A DNA stretch of 64,000 bases from Promethearchaeota archaeon. Lineage in GTDB: Archaea; Asgardarchaeota; Thorarchaeia; Thorarchaeales; Thorarchaeaceae. Positions 49,248-58,362 of this stretch are shown piece after piece. The first letter of the stretch is position 1. Every line of letters begins with the position of its first letter. Under the pieces are notes generated by a model. It was not told the DNA's origin. It saw only the letters and a list, made by a program, of their open reading frames with translations, and did no database searches. The stretch is taken from NCBI GenBank assembly GCA_014728035.1, contig WJMJ01000101.1:1-64000 (forward strand). Reading direction: 5' to 3'. The position numbers and the translations under genes are program-made.

Positions 49248-50014
49248 TGCTCAATGTTGATTTGGGGTTTGATAATACATTTCGTGTGTCGGTAAAGAAT
49301 GTTACTGGCTCATCTATTGCTGCAAACAAAGCGGTTGCGATAGCGGGATATGATGCTACTGATGATCTTCTCCAAGTGCAGTTGGCTGATAACAGTACTG
49401 GAAAACCAGCCATTGGAGTAGTTGAATCGGCCATTGATAATAATGGTATTGGAACAGCGGTAAAATATGGATTACTGCCGTATGATACTTCTGGAACTAC
49501 AATTGGTGATTTGTTATATTTAGGTACCAATGGCGATCTCACATATACATTGCCAGCTGGATTAGTTGTCAGACAAGAGCTTGGTAGAGTGGCTTATGTT
49601 AATGCGTCTGGGTATTTATATTTATTTCCCAAACCATATTCTCCATTGACTCCTGGTGTGCCGTCCATGACGACATCATTCTTTAATTCATCAGCTACTT
49701 ATCTTGAATATAATACGACATCATGGCAAGCTGCTGCCCAATGGCCTTACGTGGGAACTGATATATGGAGGCCATATACATTCGTATTGATAGCATCTAG
49801 GTCTGGCACTAGCGGCACATCTTATGTGAGGTTGGCTGATATCACGAATAATAATGAGATTTCTAATATTGCATTCACCTCGTCCACATTGGCATTTTAT
49901 GAAGATACTACACTTCTCAACTTACCAGCCAATCAAGCTATATTGGAGATTGATACACAGAAAAGTAGTGGTGGTGCATCAAAGACACGTATTCACTCCG
50001 TGGCTCTATACTAA
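49247..50014 (+). CDS. Putative structural (fibre/cement-like) protein
   Basis: Coupled to the collagen gene; PAIGVV...GDLLYLGTNGDLT motif. Confidence 0.55.
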   Translation: MLNVDLGFDNTFRVSVKNVTGSSIAANKAVAIAGYDATDDLLQVQLADNSTGKPAIGVVESAIDNNGIGTAVKYGLLPYDTSGTTIGDLLYLGTNGDLTYTLPAGLVVRQELGRVAYVNASGYLYLFPKPYSPLTPGVPSMTTSFFNSSATYLEYNTTSWQAAAQWPYVGTDIWRPYTFVLIASRSGTSGTSYVRLADITNNNEISNIAFTSSTLAFYEDTTLLNLPANQAILEIDTQKSSGGASKTRIHSVALY

Positions 50015-50035
50015 AATTCTGGGTGTATCTAAGTT

Positions 50036-52984
50036 ATGGAGGATTTTTATATGTCTATAGCTGGTATAAGTGTGTTATGTGTTGGAAGATCGTGGGATAT
50101 GCCATTCGGTATTGTGGTATGTGACGACAATGAAGATAATGTACTCTATAATATTGCTAGACATAACCCAGATGTAATCGTACTAACTGAACCAAGACCA
50201 TCATATATATTAGACTTTAGTTTTGAAATCCAGAAAAAATGTGTTATAGTGCCTAAGGATATATCTGCTGATCATGTGATATCTAATATTGAGCGCTGTT
50301 ATGTGACAAATATTTATAGCGATATGCATGAAGTTCCACTTGTAAGTGTATATACCCCAGCATATGACGCTGGGAATATGATATTGGAAACATATCAATC
50401 TCTGAAAAATCAGACATATCCACATTGGGAATGGTCGGTAGTAGATGATGGTAGCACTGATGGTACGTGGTCTACCTTGTTGGCTATTGCAAACAAGGAT
50501 AATAGAGTTCATCCTGTAAAAATCAAACATAGCGGTTATATTGGATATACCAAAAACATTGCAACTCGGTTGTCTAATGGTGATTTCTTGGTCGAATTAG
50601 ACCATGATGACATGTTAACAAACAATGCATTAGAAGAGATTGTACGCGCATTTATGGATCATCCAGAAGTTGGGATGGTATATAGTAACTGCGCACAAGT
50701 ATATTCAGATGGTAGATGCCACCAGTTTAGCGGTCCAGATTGGGAGGGTAGATATCGTGAGACTGAATATGGTGGTAAGGTATATTTGGAATGTATCAAT
50801 CCTGATATTTATGATAGATTTGGTCCTCATCATACACAGCAATTTGGTTGGTTTCTGACTATGGGTCCCAATCATGTGCGTGCTTATAGATCAAGTACGC
50901 TGTGGGAACTTGGTGGTTACAATAGTAAATTGCCAGTGGCTGATGATTGGGATTTGTTTGCTAGATTCTTTTTGAGATCACAATGTTATCATATTGATAA
51001 GATGCTATATATTCAACGGATTAGAGACAATTACAAGAACACAACTCACGTGAGAAATAAAGCAATCCAGGATAATTTGAGTATATGTAGAGCGCATTAT
51101 GAGAAGGAATTTATAGAGTTTAATAGACAAAGAATATCAGAAAATCCTAGCCTATCAGTAGTTATTTTAGATTGGAACACGAAGAATGACACAATTAAAT
51201 GTATGCAATCAGTAAAAGAATCATATCCAGATGCACAGATAATACTGGTACAGAACGGCCAACATTTCGATAGTGAATATGCCGACATTGTTGTTCCATT
51301 GGAGATTAATGTTGGATATGCGGCTGGGTGTAATCGTGGTGCCATGGAATCCAACGCAGATTTCATATGTTTCCTTAATAGTGATACTATAGTATTTCCT
51401 GGTATGTTCGCATCATTAATGAGGATGGCATCGATTGATAATGTTGGTGCGGTTGGCCCTTATTGTGATCATGCCAAACCACCACAGGGCAATTTTGGAT
51501 TAGATGATATTTTACCAGATGATTTAGAAGTGGATTCTGTTGTTGGCGTATGTATGCTTATGAGGCGTTCTGTGTTTGAATCTGTTGGTGGATTTGATAC
51601 TAGATTCTGTAATTTCGAAGACGACGATCTATGCTTGAGACTTAGACGTATGGGTTTGCGCAATATGGTTGTTGGTAAGACCTGGATACATCATAAGGAA
51701 CACGCATCATTTGAAGCTAATAATGTGCAAATAACGCGCCCCATGGAACAATCTAGGGAAAAATTCTTTGCAAAATGGCCGCGTATCAAATTGGTGGCCA
51801 TTACTTACAATGAGATAAATTCATTACCGGGGTTTGTTGAACAGTTTAAGGGCATTGTAAATGATGGCATGGCTATCCTTGATTCTGGTTCAACTGATGG
51901 TACTGTTGAATGGGCTAAGGCACATGGTATAGATGTTATGTTCCATGATTTTGATCAATTCGATAGTCAGCGTAATCGTGCCATACGTGCGCTTGGTGGT
52001 GATGCCGAATGGATCATCATGATGGACCCAGATGAGAGACTTGATGATAATACTCTCACACATTTTTATCAATTGGTTCGTTCTACTAAATATGACATAT
52101 ATCTGTCACCGCTTGTTGATTCTAATGGTGTATGGTGGGTGCCGAAACCATTTTTATTTAGAAATAAACCAGATATTAAATGGATCAATGCAGTTCATGA
52201 AAAACTTATAGGCTCACATAAACAAGCCATGGTTAAGAATTCTACCATTATGCATTGCCTAGATTTGCATAGTAAAAGCAGAAGACAGCAAATGCAATAT
52301 AAATATGATTCGCTTGGTGGTGATGCACAACTTAGTGATGAATGGCCAATTCTTAATTATGAGCATAAAGATGATGATCGCATTGATAAAATCTGCATTG
52401 GGCCACAAGTTTCGATAATAGTACCCACATATAAACGCAAGCATTTGCTGGCCAGAGCATTAGAATCAATTTATAAACAAGATTATTTGTCATATGATAT
52501 TAAATTGGTTAGTGATGGTGATAATGATATTGAGGGAGGCTACATACTACCACAGAATCACGGTGCCGGTGGTGCTGTGCCTCGCAATTATGGTATTATG
52601 CTATCATCTGGTCAGTGGATTGCTTATCTGGATGATGATAACCAGTGGCAACCAAATCATCTTTCTACCGTGATGAATGAAATAATGAAGTCGGGAGCAT
52701 TATTCGGGTTTTCGTCTATGAGCGTTGGTGGCAAACCACACATTTGTGATGAGCCGGTAAGGGGTAAAATAGATACTTCATGTGTTATACATCATCGAAG
52801 CTTGATTAAGCACTTCGGTTGGTGGAAGGATAGAACTGAGGCAAATTATTGGCATGACTGGGAATTTGTGAGTAGATGGGTTGACGCTGGAATACCGTGG
52901 GTCGCCACAAAGATACCAACGGTGATTTACAATGCCGATACTTCAGGCCAAGCGGATTACATAAGACAAATGGTGGGAGAATAG
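50036..52984 (+). CDS. Multidomain glycosyltransferase with four tandem GT2 domains
   Basis: LVSVYTPAY/ELDHDD; LSVVILDWN/FLNSD; VAITYNE/MDPDE; VSIIVPTYKR/YLDDDN. Confidence 0.9.
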   Translation: MEDFYMSIAGISVLCVGRSWDMPFGIVVCDDNEDNVLYNIARHNPDVIVLTEPRPSYILDFSFEIQKKCVIVPKDISADHVISNIERCYVTNIYSDMHEVPLVSVYTPAYDAGNMILETYQSLKNQTYPHWEWSVVDDGSTDGTWSTLLAIANKDNRVHPVKIKHSGYIGYTKNIATRLSNGDFLVELDHDDMLTNNALEEIVRAFMDHPEVGMVYSNCAQVYSDGRCHQFSGPDWEGRYRETEYGGKVYLECINPDIYDRFGPHHTQQFGWFLTMGPNHVRAYRSSTLWELGGYNSKLPVADDWDLFARFFLRSQCYHIDKMLYIQRIRDNYKNTTHVRNKAIQDNLSICRAHYEKEFIEFNRQRISENPSLSVVILDWNTKNDTIKCMQSVKESYPDAQIILVQNGQHFDSEYADIVVPLEINVGYAAGCNRGAMESNADFICFLNSDTIVFPGMFASLMRMASIDNVGAVGPYCDHAKPPQGNFGLDDILPDDLEVDSVVGVCMLMRRSVFESVGGFDTRFCNFEDDDLCLRLRRMGLRNMVVGKTWIHHKEHASFEANNVQITRPMEQSREKFFAKWPRIKLVAITYNEINSLPGFVEQFKGIVNDGMAILDSGSTDGTVEWAKAHGIDVMFHDFDQFDSQRNRAIRALGGDAEWIIMMDPDERLDDNTLTHFYQLVRSTKYDIYLSPLVDSNGVWWVPKPFLFRNKPDIKWINAVHEKLIGSHKQAMVKNSTIMHCLDLHSKSRRQQMQYKYDSLGGDAQLSDEWPILNYEHKDDDRIDKICIGPQVSIIVPTYKRKHLLARALESIYKQDYLSYDIKLVSDGDNDIEGGYILPQNHGAGGAVPRNYGIMLSSGQWIAYLDDDNQWQPNHLSTVMNEIMKSGALFGFSSMSVGGKPHICDEPVRGKIDTSCVIHHRSLIKHFGWWKDRTEANYWHDWEFVSRWVDAGIPWVATKIPTVIYNADTSGQADYIRQMVGE

Positions 52985-53260
52985 AATGAGCGATTTTGAT
53001 AGTATGCTATCCGAAGCGATAAATATAAGTCGTTGTACAACATGCCAACATTATGTCAACAAAAAATGCAAAGTCAGGGACAAAGTAATAGCTCGTCATG
53101 GCGCGGCACAGCTGCACGAATGGCTTTCTTTGCCACATGAGATAAATCGTTGTTCTCTTTACTTGTCCATTTCTGATATGCACTGAGATACCATGACAGT
53201 ACCAGAATGCAACGGAGGGCACGGGTGAGCCTTCCGTGGTATCAGGAAAGGTATATCTGA

Positions 53261-53557
53261 ATGTCCACAAGACAGATACAATTCATTAGGAAGATATATA
53301 CCCTGGATAGTGATGAGGTAAATGAGGTCATCGCAGATACTCAAATAGATATAGGTGAATTCTTAATATATAAAATTGGTAAGAATAAGGTCAAAGAACT
53401 GAATATGGTTATTGGTGCCGATGTGGTGCGTAATATAAGCGACAAAGGCATGCTTGAGATGGATATTATATTTACCATAAATGCTTCGGATGATGTGGCT
53501 GGTTTATTGGAACGAGATATGCGTCTACCATATCTTAAATTATGTCATGCCAATTAA
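53261..53557 (+). CDS. Hypothetical protein
   Basis: RBS present, 98 aa. Confidence 0.55.
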   Translation: MSTRQIQFIRKIYTLDSDEVNEVIADTQIDIGEFLIYKIGKNKVKELNMVIGADVVRNISDKGMLEMDIIFTINASDDVAGLLERDMRLPYLKLCHAN

Positions 53558-53927
53558 TGGCAAGAAATTCTTAAAGTTAAATAAAAGAGAATCATTGATT
53601 GTAACAGATCATGCTCTCGGGCGTATCTCTAAGCAGATAGGTAGATGCATTGGATATGAAAAAGCACTGGATATATTTAATGATGCTGTGCATATTAAAT
53701 ATGATGATTTAATCACAATGGGATATAGGCCGTCAGTCCATAAACACACTCAGAAAGGACATAAATCTTGGTACTTCATATCTATTATAGACGACAATGA
53801 AATGGTTATTGTAGTGACTAACTGTAATATTAGTGAATCACTGATTTGGGTCACTACATATTTCCCCAACAGACTAAGTAATAATTTGAAAATATTGGAC
53901 TTTGATGATTTACGGATGGGAAAATGA
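53547..53927 (+). CDS. Hypothetical protein (TDHA..R motif)
   Basis: IVTDHALGR; WVTTY. Confidence 0.5.
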   Translation: MPINGKKFLKLNKRESLIVTDHALGRISKQIGRCIGYEKALDIFNDAVHIKYDDLITMGYRPSVHKHTQKGHKSWYFISIIDDNEMVIVVTNCNISESLIWVTTYFPNRLSNNLKILDFDDLRMGK

Positions 53928-54151
53928 AAAGAAAAATCAAACTGTGTTTATTGTGTGTGTTTATGATATTTACCATGACAGTGTGTAGTGGTTGTTTTTT
54001 GCTCATGGCTGCATTGATTCGTTGGGATAATAAGAGATATGCGGCTATGCAAAAGGAAAATAACAGTCATAAAATTGAGCAGGATGACAATCACATTAAT
54101 GGGGAGATTACTCCAGTTTGTAAATGGGAGGAGGACGATGATCTAGAATGA
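53924..54151 (+). CDS. Small membrane/lipoprotein-like protein
   Basis: Basic N-terminus, hydrophobic stretch, CSGC. Confidence 0.5.
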   Translation: MKRKIKLCLLCVFMIFTMTVCSGCFLLMAALIRWDNKRYAAMQKENNSHKIEQDDNHINGEITPVCKWEEDDDLE

Positions 54152-54287
54152 CGCACTTTGTAATTGTGTGGCACGATTGCATAAGCAAATCTAAAACACG
54201 TGATAATCAGACCCTAACAGAGACATTTCAAATATGATCAACAACTCGTATTTCACGTACCGGTTTGCTAAAGATAGGAGGCTGGAC

Positions 54288-54596
54288 ATGGGCGATCGTG
54301 TCATAATCTACGGAATGCCAAATTGTGGGAAATGTGAAGCAGCGAAAGATAAGCTCAAAAGATTTAACATACCATTTGAAGAGGCATCATACGAGAAATT
54401 TGTTACTGTGCATGATGGTTGGAGAAATGATGGTAGTATAAAGGTTATGGCGGCACGCAATTATTATGGTGAGACTCATGTGCCATTGATCAGACAGAAC
54501 GGTACGGTATTTGATTATCCAAGTTTCATGAAACATTTAAAGAATAACAGATTGACACCAGACAGGAGTAAGCATGCCACCGAGGTTCGTGTCTAA
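54288..54596 (+). CDS. Glutaredoxin/NrdH-like redoxin
   Basis: IYGMPNCGKC, VPLI; AGGAGG RBS; directly upstream of nrdD. Confidence 0.8.
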   Translation: MGDRVIIYGMPNCGKCEAAKDKLKRFNIPFEEASYEKFVTVHDGWRNDGSIKVMAARNYYGETHVPLIRQNGTVFDYPSFMKHLKNNRLTPDRSKHATEVRV

Positions 54597-57396
54597 GAGA
54601 GATGGTCGTAGCGTTTTATTTAATAAAAACAAAATAACTGAATCAATACTGGCCGCATCATCTGAGGTGAAACCATTCACACGTGATGATGTCATGCCCA
54701 TAGTTGATTCAGCTATTGAATTACTGCATCATGAAAAGATCGATGCAACGTCTATTTATAAGGTAGTTGTTGATACTATACAAGGAAATGGCCATCCGGA
54801 CGTTGCAGATGCGTATGTTGATTATCGGAAGACACGCACAAATATTAAGAGTATAACTAAAGTGCGTAAGCAGGTGTCCGGCCATAATGATGCTACAGAT
54901 ATCAATTTGCTGGTAAGTCCAGAAAGTAAAGCAGAATATCATGGCTGGGATAAATCAAGAATTGCAGATGCTCTTGTGCTGGAAGCTGGTGTAAACAGAA
55001 CAGAGGCAGAAGAGATAGCCGCAATAGTTGAGAGGCGCATATTTAAATCCGGCATAACGATGGTGTCAACGTCTCTCATCAGAGAACTGGTTGACAATGA
55101 ATTATTTGAAAGAGGATATCAGAACTCACTTCAGAAACAACGTGTTATTGGTATGCCACGGCATGACATAGAAGAACTGATATTTTCTAAGAGCAAAGAA
55201 AACTCAAACATAGCGACCAACAATCCAGAAGCTGTGGGGCATTCAATAGCAGAGACTGTTCTTAAACAGTATGCATTGCAGGAAGTGTTTTCAGAAGAAG
55301 TAGCAAATGCACATAGAATGGGCATTTTTCATCTGCATGACTTGGGATACCCACACAGATTATATTGTGGAAGCCATTCCGTTGAATATATTAAGAAGTA
55401 CGGGTTGAGATTACAAAATCTTGATTCATTTTCTGCACCAGCAAAGCATGCACGTAGTCTCACCACTCAACTCAATACATTTTTAGCTAGTATGCAGGCA
55501 TATTATGCCGGTGCTCTTGGTGTTGCGCATATCAACATAATGTACGCACCATTGGTAGACGGAATGTCTGACACAGAATTGAAGCAGGAAGCACAACATC
55601 TTATATTTCAAGCATCACAATCTGCCTATACGCGGGGTGGGCAGTCGGTCCATGGTGATGAATGTATTATCATATACGACACGATCGAAGATAGAACATA
55701 TTATCCTACTATTAGTGAATTTTATCTAAATTTTGTTAAGGATCGGTATCATACATTGTCTATGAATCGATCTAATGGTATGTTGGAATGGAAATCCATA
55801 TTGGGCGTGGTGCAGCATAATCTACGATCAGAGCTTATGAAAGTAACTATAGCAAACGGTTTGTCAGGGATATTTACTGAAGATCACAGTTTGTTTACTG
55901 TAGATGATGGCCAAATTGTTGAATGTATGACAAGCAAAGCCCATAATATTATGGTATATCATGTGGGTGATATGCCAGATTATGTTTCTCTATGCGATAA
56001 GATTAGTAATGATCCAATAGCAAAGCTGTGCGATGTGAGTATCGAGCCATTTAATGATGGAAGTAAATATGTATATGATTTATCAGTAGCTGATAATGAG
56101 AATTTCTTACTATTAAATGGTATTATAGCCCACAACACGTTGTTTAGTGATTTTAATATTCATACTGGAATACCTTCATATCTGAAGGATGTGGATGCTA
56201 TAGGTCCTGGTGGTGAATATAATGGCAAGAAATACGGTGATTATGCCGAGGCGGCTACCAGGTTCACTAGAGCCATGATGGAAGTGTGGTATGAAGGAGA
56301 TGGGGATGGTCATCCAATGGCTTTCCCGAAGAGTGACTTCCACATTAGTCATGATACATTTGAAGATCCTGAGCAAGTTAAATTACTTGATTTTGCTTGT
56401 GAGACGGCAGCAAAAAATGGATCTACATATTTCATATTCGACAGAGATGAGGTTACATTATCTGCATGTTGCAGGTTGAGAACAGCAGTGCGTGATCAGT
56501 ATATGATCAAGCACCCGGAAAGTCTGCGTTTTTGTGGATTTGGGAACATAACCATCAACTTGCCACAATGTGCATATCGTGCTGGTCGTGGTAATATAAA
56601 GAAATTTCACGAAGAACTTGAGAGTGCGATGCATTTAGCTGTTGATGCGCACTTGCAAAAACGCAAGTTTGTAAATAGATTAATGAGTGGGCCATCCATG
56701 CCATTGTGGCAAGTTGGCAAGATTGCTTTTGATGGTCGTAAATATGTTGATTTAGACACGTGCACATATATTATAGGCATTATTGGCTTGAATGAATGTC
56801 TTCATTTCTTGACAGGCAAGGAACTTCATGAAGACGAAGACATGCTTCGCCAAGGACTTGAAATCATAAGTTATATGTATTTTGTGGCCAAAGAATACGG
56901 TGACATGCACAATATGAAGTTTTCTCTTGAAGAAAGTCCTGCAGAATCAGCGTCAAGACGTTTGGCCAAAATAGACGTACAAAATTATGCCTGTGCCGCC
57001 GATTTTGTGCGTGGTGATGTTGATGCTGATGAAATGTACTACACAAATTCTATTCATCTTAGGCCCGATGCAGATGTTGATATCGTAACTCGTATTAAAT
57101 CACAATCTAGATTCCATGATCTCATAGAATCTGGCGCTATTATACACGCTTTCGTAGGAGAAAATCAACCATCTCCTGGTGCAATCAAGAGTCTGGTTAC
57201 AAAGACTTTCTATAACACACATGCAGCCCAAATAACAATATCGCCAGAATTTACTGTATGTAGTTGTTGTGGGTCCATTAGAGTTGGAATGACAGACATA
57301 TGTTATAAATGTGGATCCAGGAATATTGATGCTTCGAGAGAAGACCCAAATCGCGAATTTAATGGGTGGGATAGAAACATAATCTCTCAATTGTAG
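54574..57396 (+). CDS. nrdD: Class III anaerobic ribonucleotide reductase with two ATP-cones and a mini-intein; glycyl-radical motif not found
   Basis: SKRDGR ATP-cone, FHLHDL, RLYC, RGGQ|T, SACCRL, INLP, EESPAES, YYTNS, CSCC/CYKCGS Zn ribbon. Confidence 0.92.
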   Translation: MPPRFVSKRDGRSVLFNKNKITESILAASSEVKPFTRDDVMPIVDSAIELLHHEKIDATSIYKVVVDTIQGNGHPDVADAYVDYRKTRTNIKSITKVRKQVSGHNDATDINLLVSPESKAEYHGWDKSRIADALVLEAGVNRTEAEEIAAIVERRIFKSGITMVSTSLIRELVDNELFERGYQNSLQKQRVIGMPRHDIEELIFSKSKENSNIATNNPEAVGHSIAETVLKQYALQEVFSEEVANAHRMGIFHLHDLGYPHRLYCGSHSVEYIKKYGLRLQNLDSFSAPAKHARSLTTQLNTFLASMQAYYAGALGVAHINIMYAPLVDGMSDTELKQEAQHLIFQASQSAYTRGGQSVHGDECIIIYDTIEDRTYYPTISEFYLNFVKDRYHTLSMNRSNGMLEWKSILGVVQHNLRSELMKVTIANGLSGIFTEDHSLFTVDDGQIVECMTSKAHNIMVYHVGDMPDYVSLCDKISNDPIAKLCDVSIEPFNDGSKYVYDLSVADNENFLLLNGIIAHNTLFSDFNIHTGIPSYLKDVDAIGPGGEYNGKKYGDYAEAATRFTRAMMEVWYEGDGDGHPMAFPKSDFHISHDTFEDPEQVKLLDFACETAAKNGSTYFIFDRDEVTLSACCRLRTAVRDQYMIKHPESLRFCGFGNITINLPQCAYRAGRGNIKKFHEELESAMHLAVDAHLQKRKFVNRLMSGPSMPLWQVGKIAFDGRKYVDLDTCTYIIGIIGLNECLHFLTGKELHEDEDMLRQGLEIISYMYFVAKEYGDMHNMKFSLEESPAESASRRLAKIDVQNYACAADFVRGDVDADEMYYTNSIHLRPDADVDIVTRIKSQSRFHDLIESGAIIHAFVGENQPSPGAIKSLVTKTFYNTHAAQITISPEFTVCSCCGSIRVGMTDICYKCGSRNIDASREDPNREFNGWDRNIISQL
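55645..56136 (+). mobile_element. Mini-intein (164 aa, no endonuclease) in NrdD
   Basis: RGGQ|SVHGDE...TEDHSLF...VYDLSV...IIAHN|T. Confidence 0.93.
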
Positions 57397-57652
57397 ATAT
57401 TTAGATTCCCCGCATCAAAAATAATATGTAGGCGTCAGCAATCTTACCGTTTTGATGGGGGTATGCAAATGCCAAGTTGCTGCAGGGAAGCGAAAGTATT
57501 ACACGAAGCATATTATGATGGCCATTTGTTTAGATGGTTGAGATGTGATATTTGTGGTGGTTTGCGTCTAGAGAAAGTGGACCATCAACGGGTTGCATAA
57601 TTACACCCTATGTACAATTGATGTCGGCAATATATAATATTAACTAACAATG

Positions 57653-57730
57653 TCAGGCCCTCATCCTCGGGCCTAAGCTCACCCACGATGGTGAGTAATC
57701 TCCGGATGGAGACCATACAACGGGTGTAAT
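57653..57730 (+). ncRNA. Conserved 78-nt triple-hairpin element, copy 3
   Basis: One substitution relative to copy 1, which lies 38 kb away; TATAAT at about 57633. Confidence 0.6.
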
Positions 57731-58056
57731 GTGACGTCCACGTACGCATGGGAGGATGGAAAGGAGGGCCAGCCATGGCTTCGATCTACAAGTGACGTCC
57801 ACGTACGCATGGGAGGATGACACGCCTTAGTCTCTCAGAGTCACAGTGGCCGGTGATGCCCACGTACGCATGGGAGGATGGCTTGATGTGGTTGCTTCGG
57901 CACAAAAACATTGCGTGATGCCCACGTACGCATGGGAGGATGGACTATGTAGCCGCGTGCCGCTCTTTCCGAACGTGACGCCCATGTGGGAGGATGGCCG
58001 ACGGCGAACGGTGTAGATTCGGCGTGACGCCCACGTACGTATTGTACGCGTGGATG
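57731..58056 (+). CRISPR. CRISPR-like array 3: 29-nt repeat GTGAYGYCCACGTACGCATGGGAGGATGR, 5 spacers
   Basis: Repeats at 57731, 57792, 57853, 57915, 57975 (23-nt variant) and 58024 (degenerate trailer); unique spacers of 32, 32, 33, 31 and 26 nt; about 61-bp period like type I-E. Confidence 0.88.
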
Positions 58057-58074
58057 ATATAGGAGGTATATATT

Positions 58075-58353
58075 ATGGGATATTATATTCGTACATGGTT
58101 CGCTTGGGTGATATCGGCACACCATTTTTGCGATACTATTTCTTTGGCAGCAAGAAAATCCAAATTTGACAAAGGAATTGAATCATTGAGAATGATCTAT
58201 CAAACAATAGACAATCTTGGATGGCGATATTATCCAATGAAATTATATATATATCTGTATCATAATGATCAGATGGATCTTTTCTCATTATATAATGAGA
58301 TGTCAATATATAAGGATTCGGACAAAAATATTAAAACAAAATTGCCTACATAG
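58075..58353 (+). CDS. Hypothetical protein downstream of array 3
   Basis: AGGAGGT RBS. Confidence 0.55.
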   Translation: MGYYIRTWFAWVISAHHFCDTISLAARKSKFDKGIESLRMIYQTIDNLGWRYYPMKLYIYLYHNDQMDLFSLYNEMSIYKDSDKNIKTKLPT

Positions 58354-58362
58354 GAGAATCAA

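Noticed and set aside
50551-50562. Self-match of array 3 spacer 3 (CAAAAACATTGC)
   Set aside because: Only 12 AT-rich nt with mismatched flanks; plausible by chance
57731-58056. TIGR-type dual-spacer array or simple tandem repeat
   Set aside because: The unit is about 61 nt with one 29-nt repeat and one unique spacer, not a 36-nt dual-repeat unit
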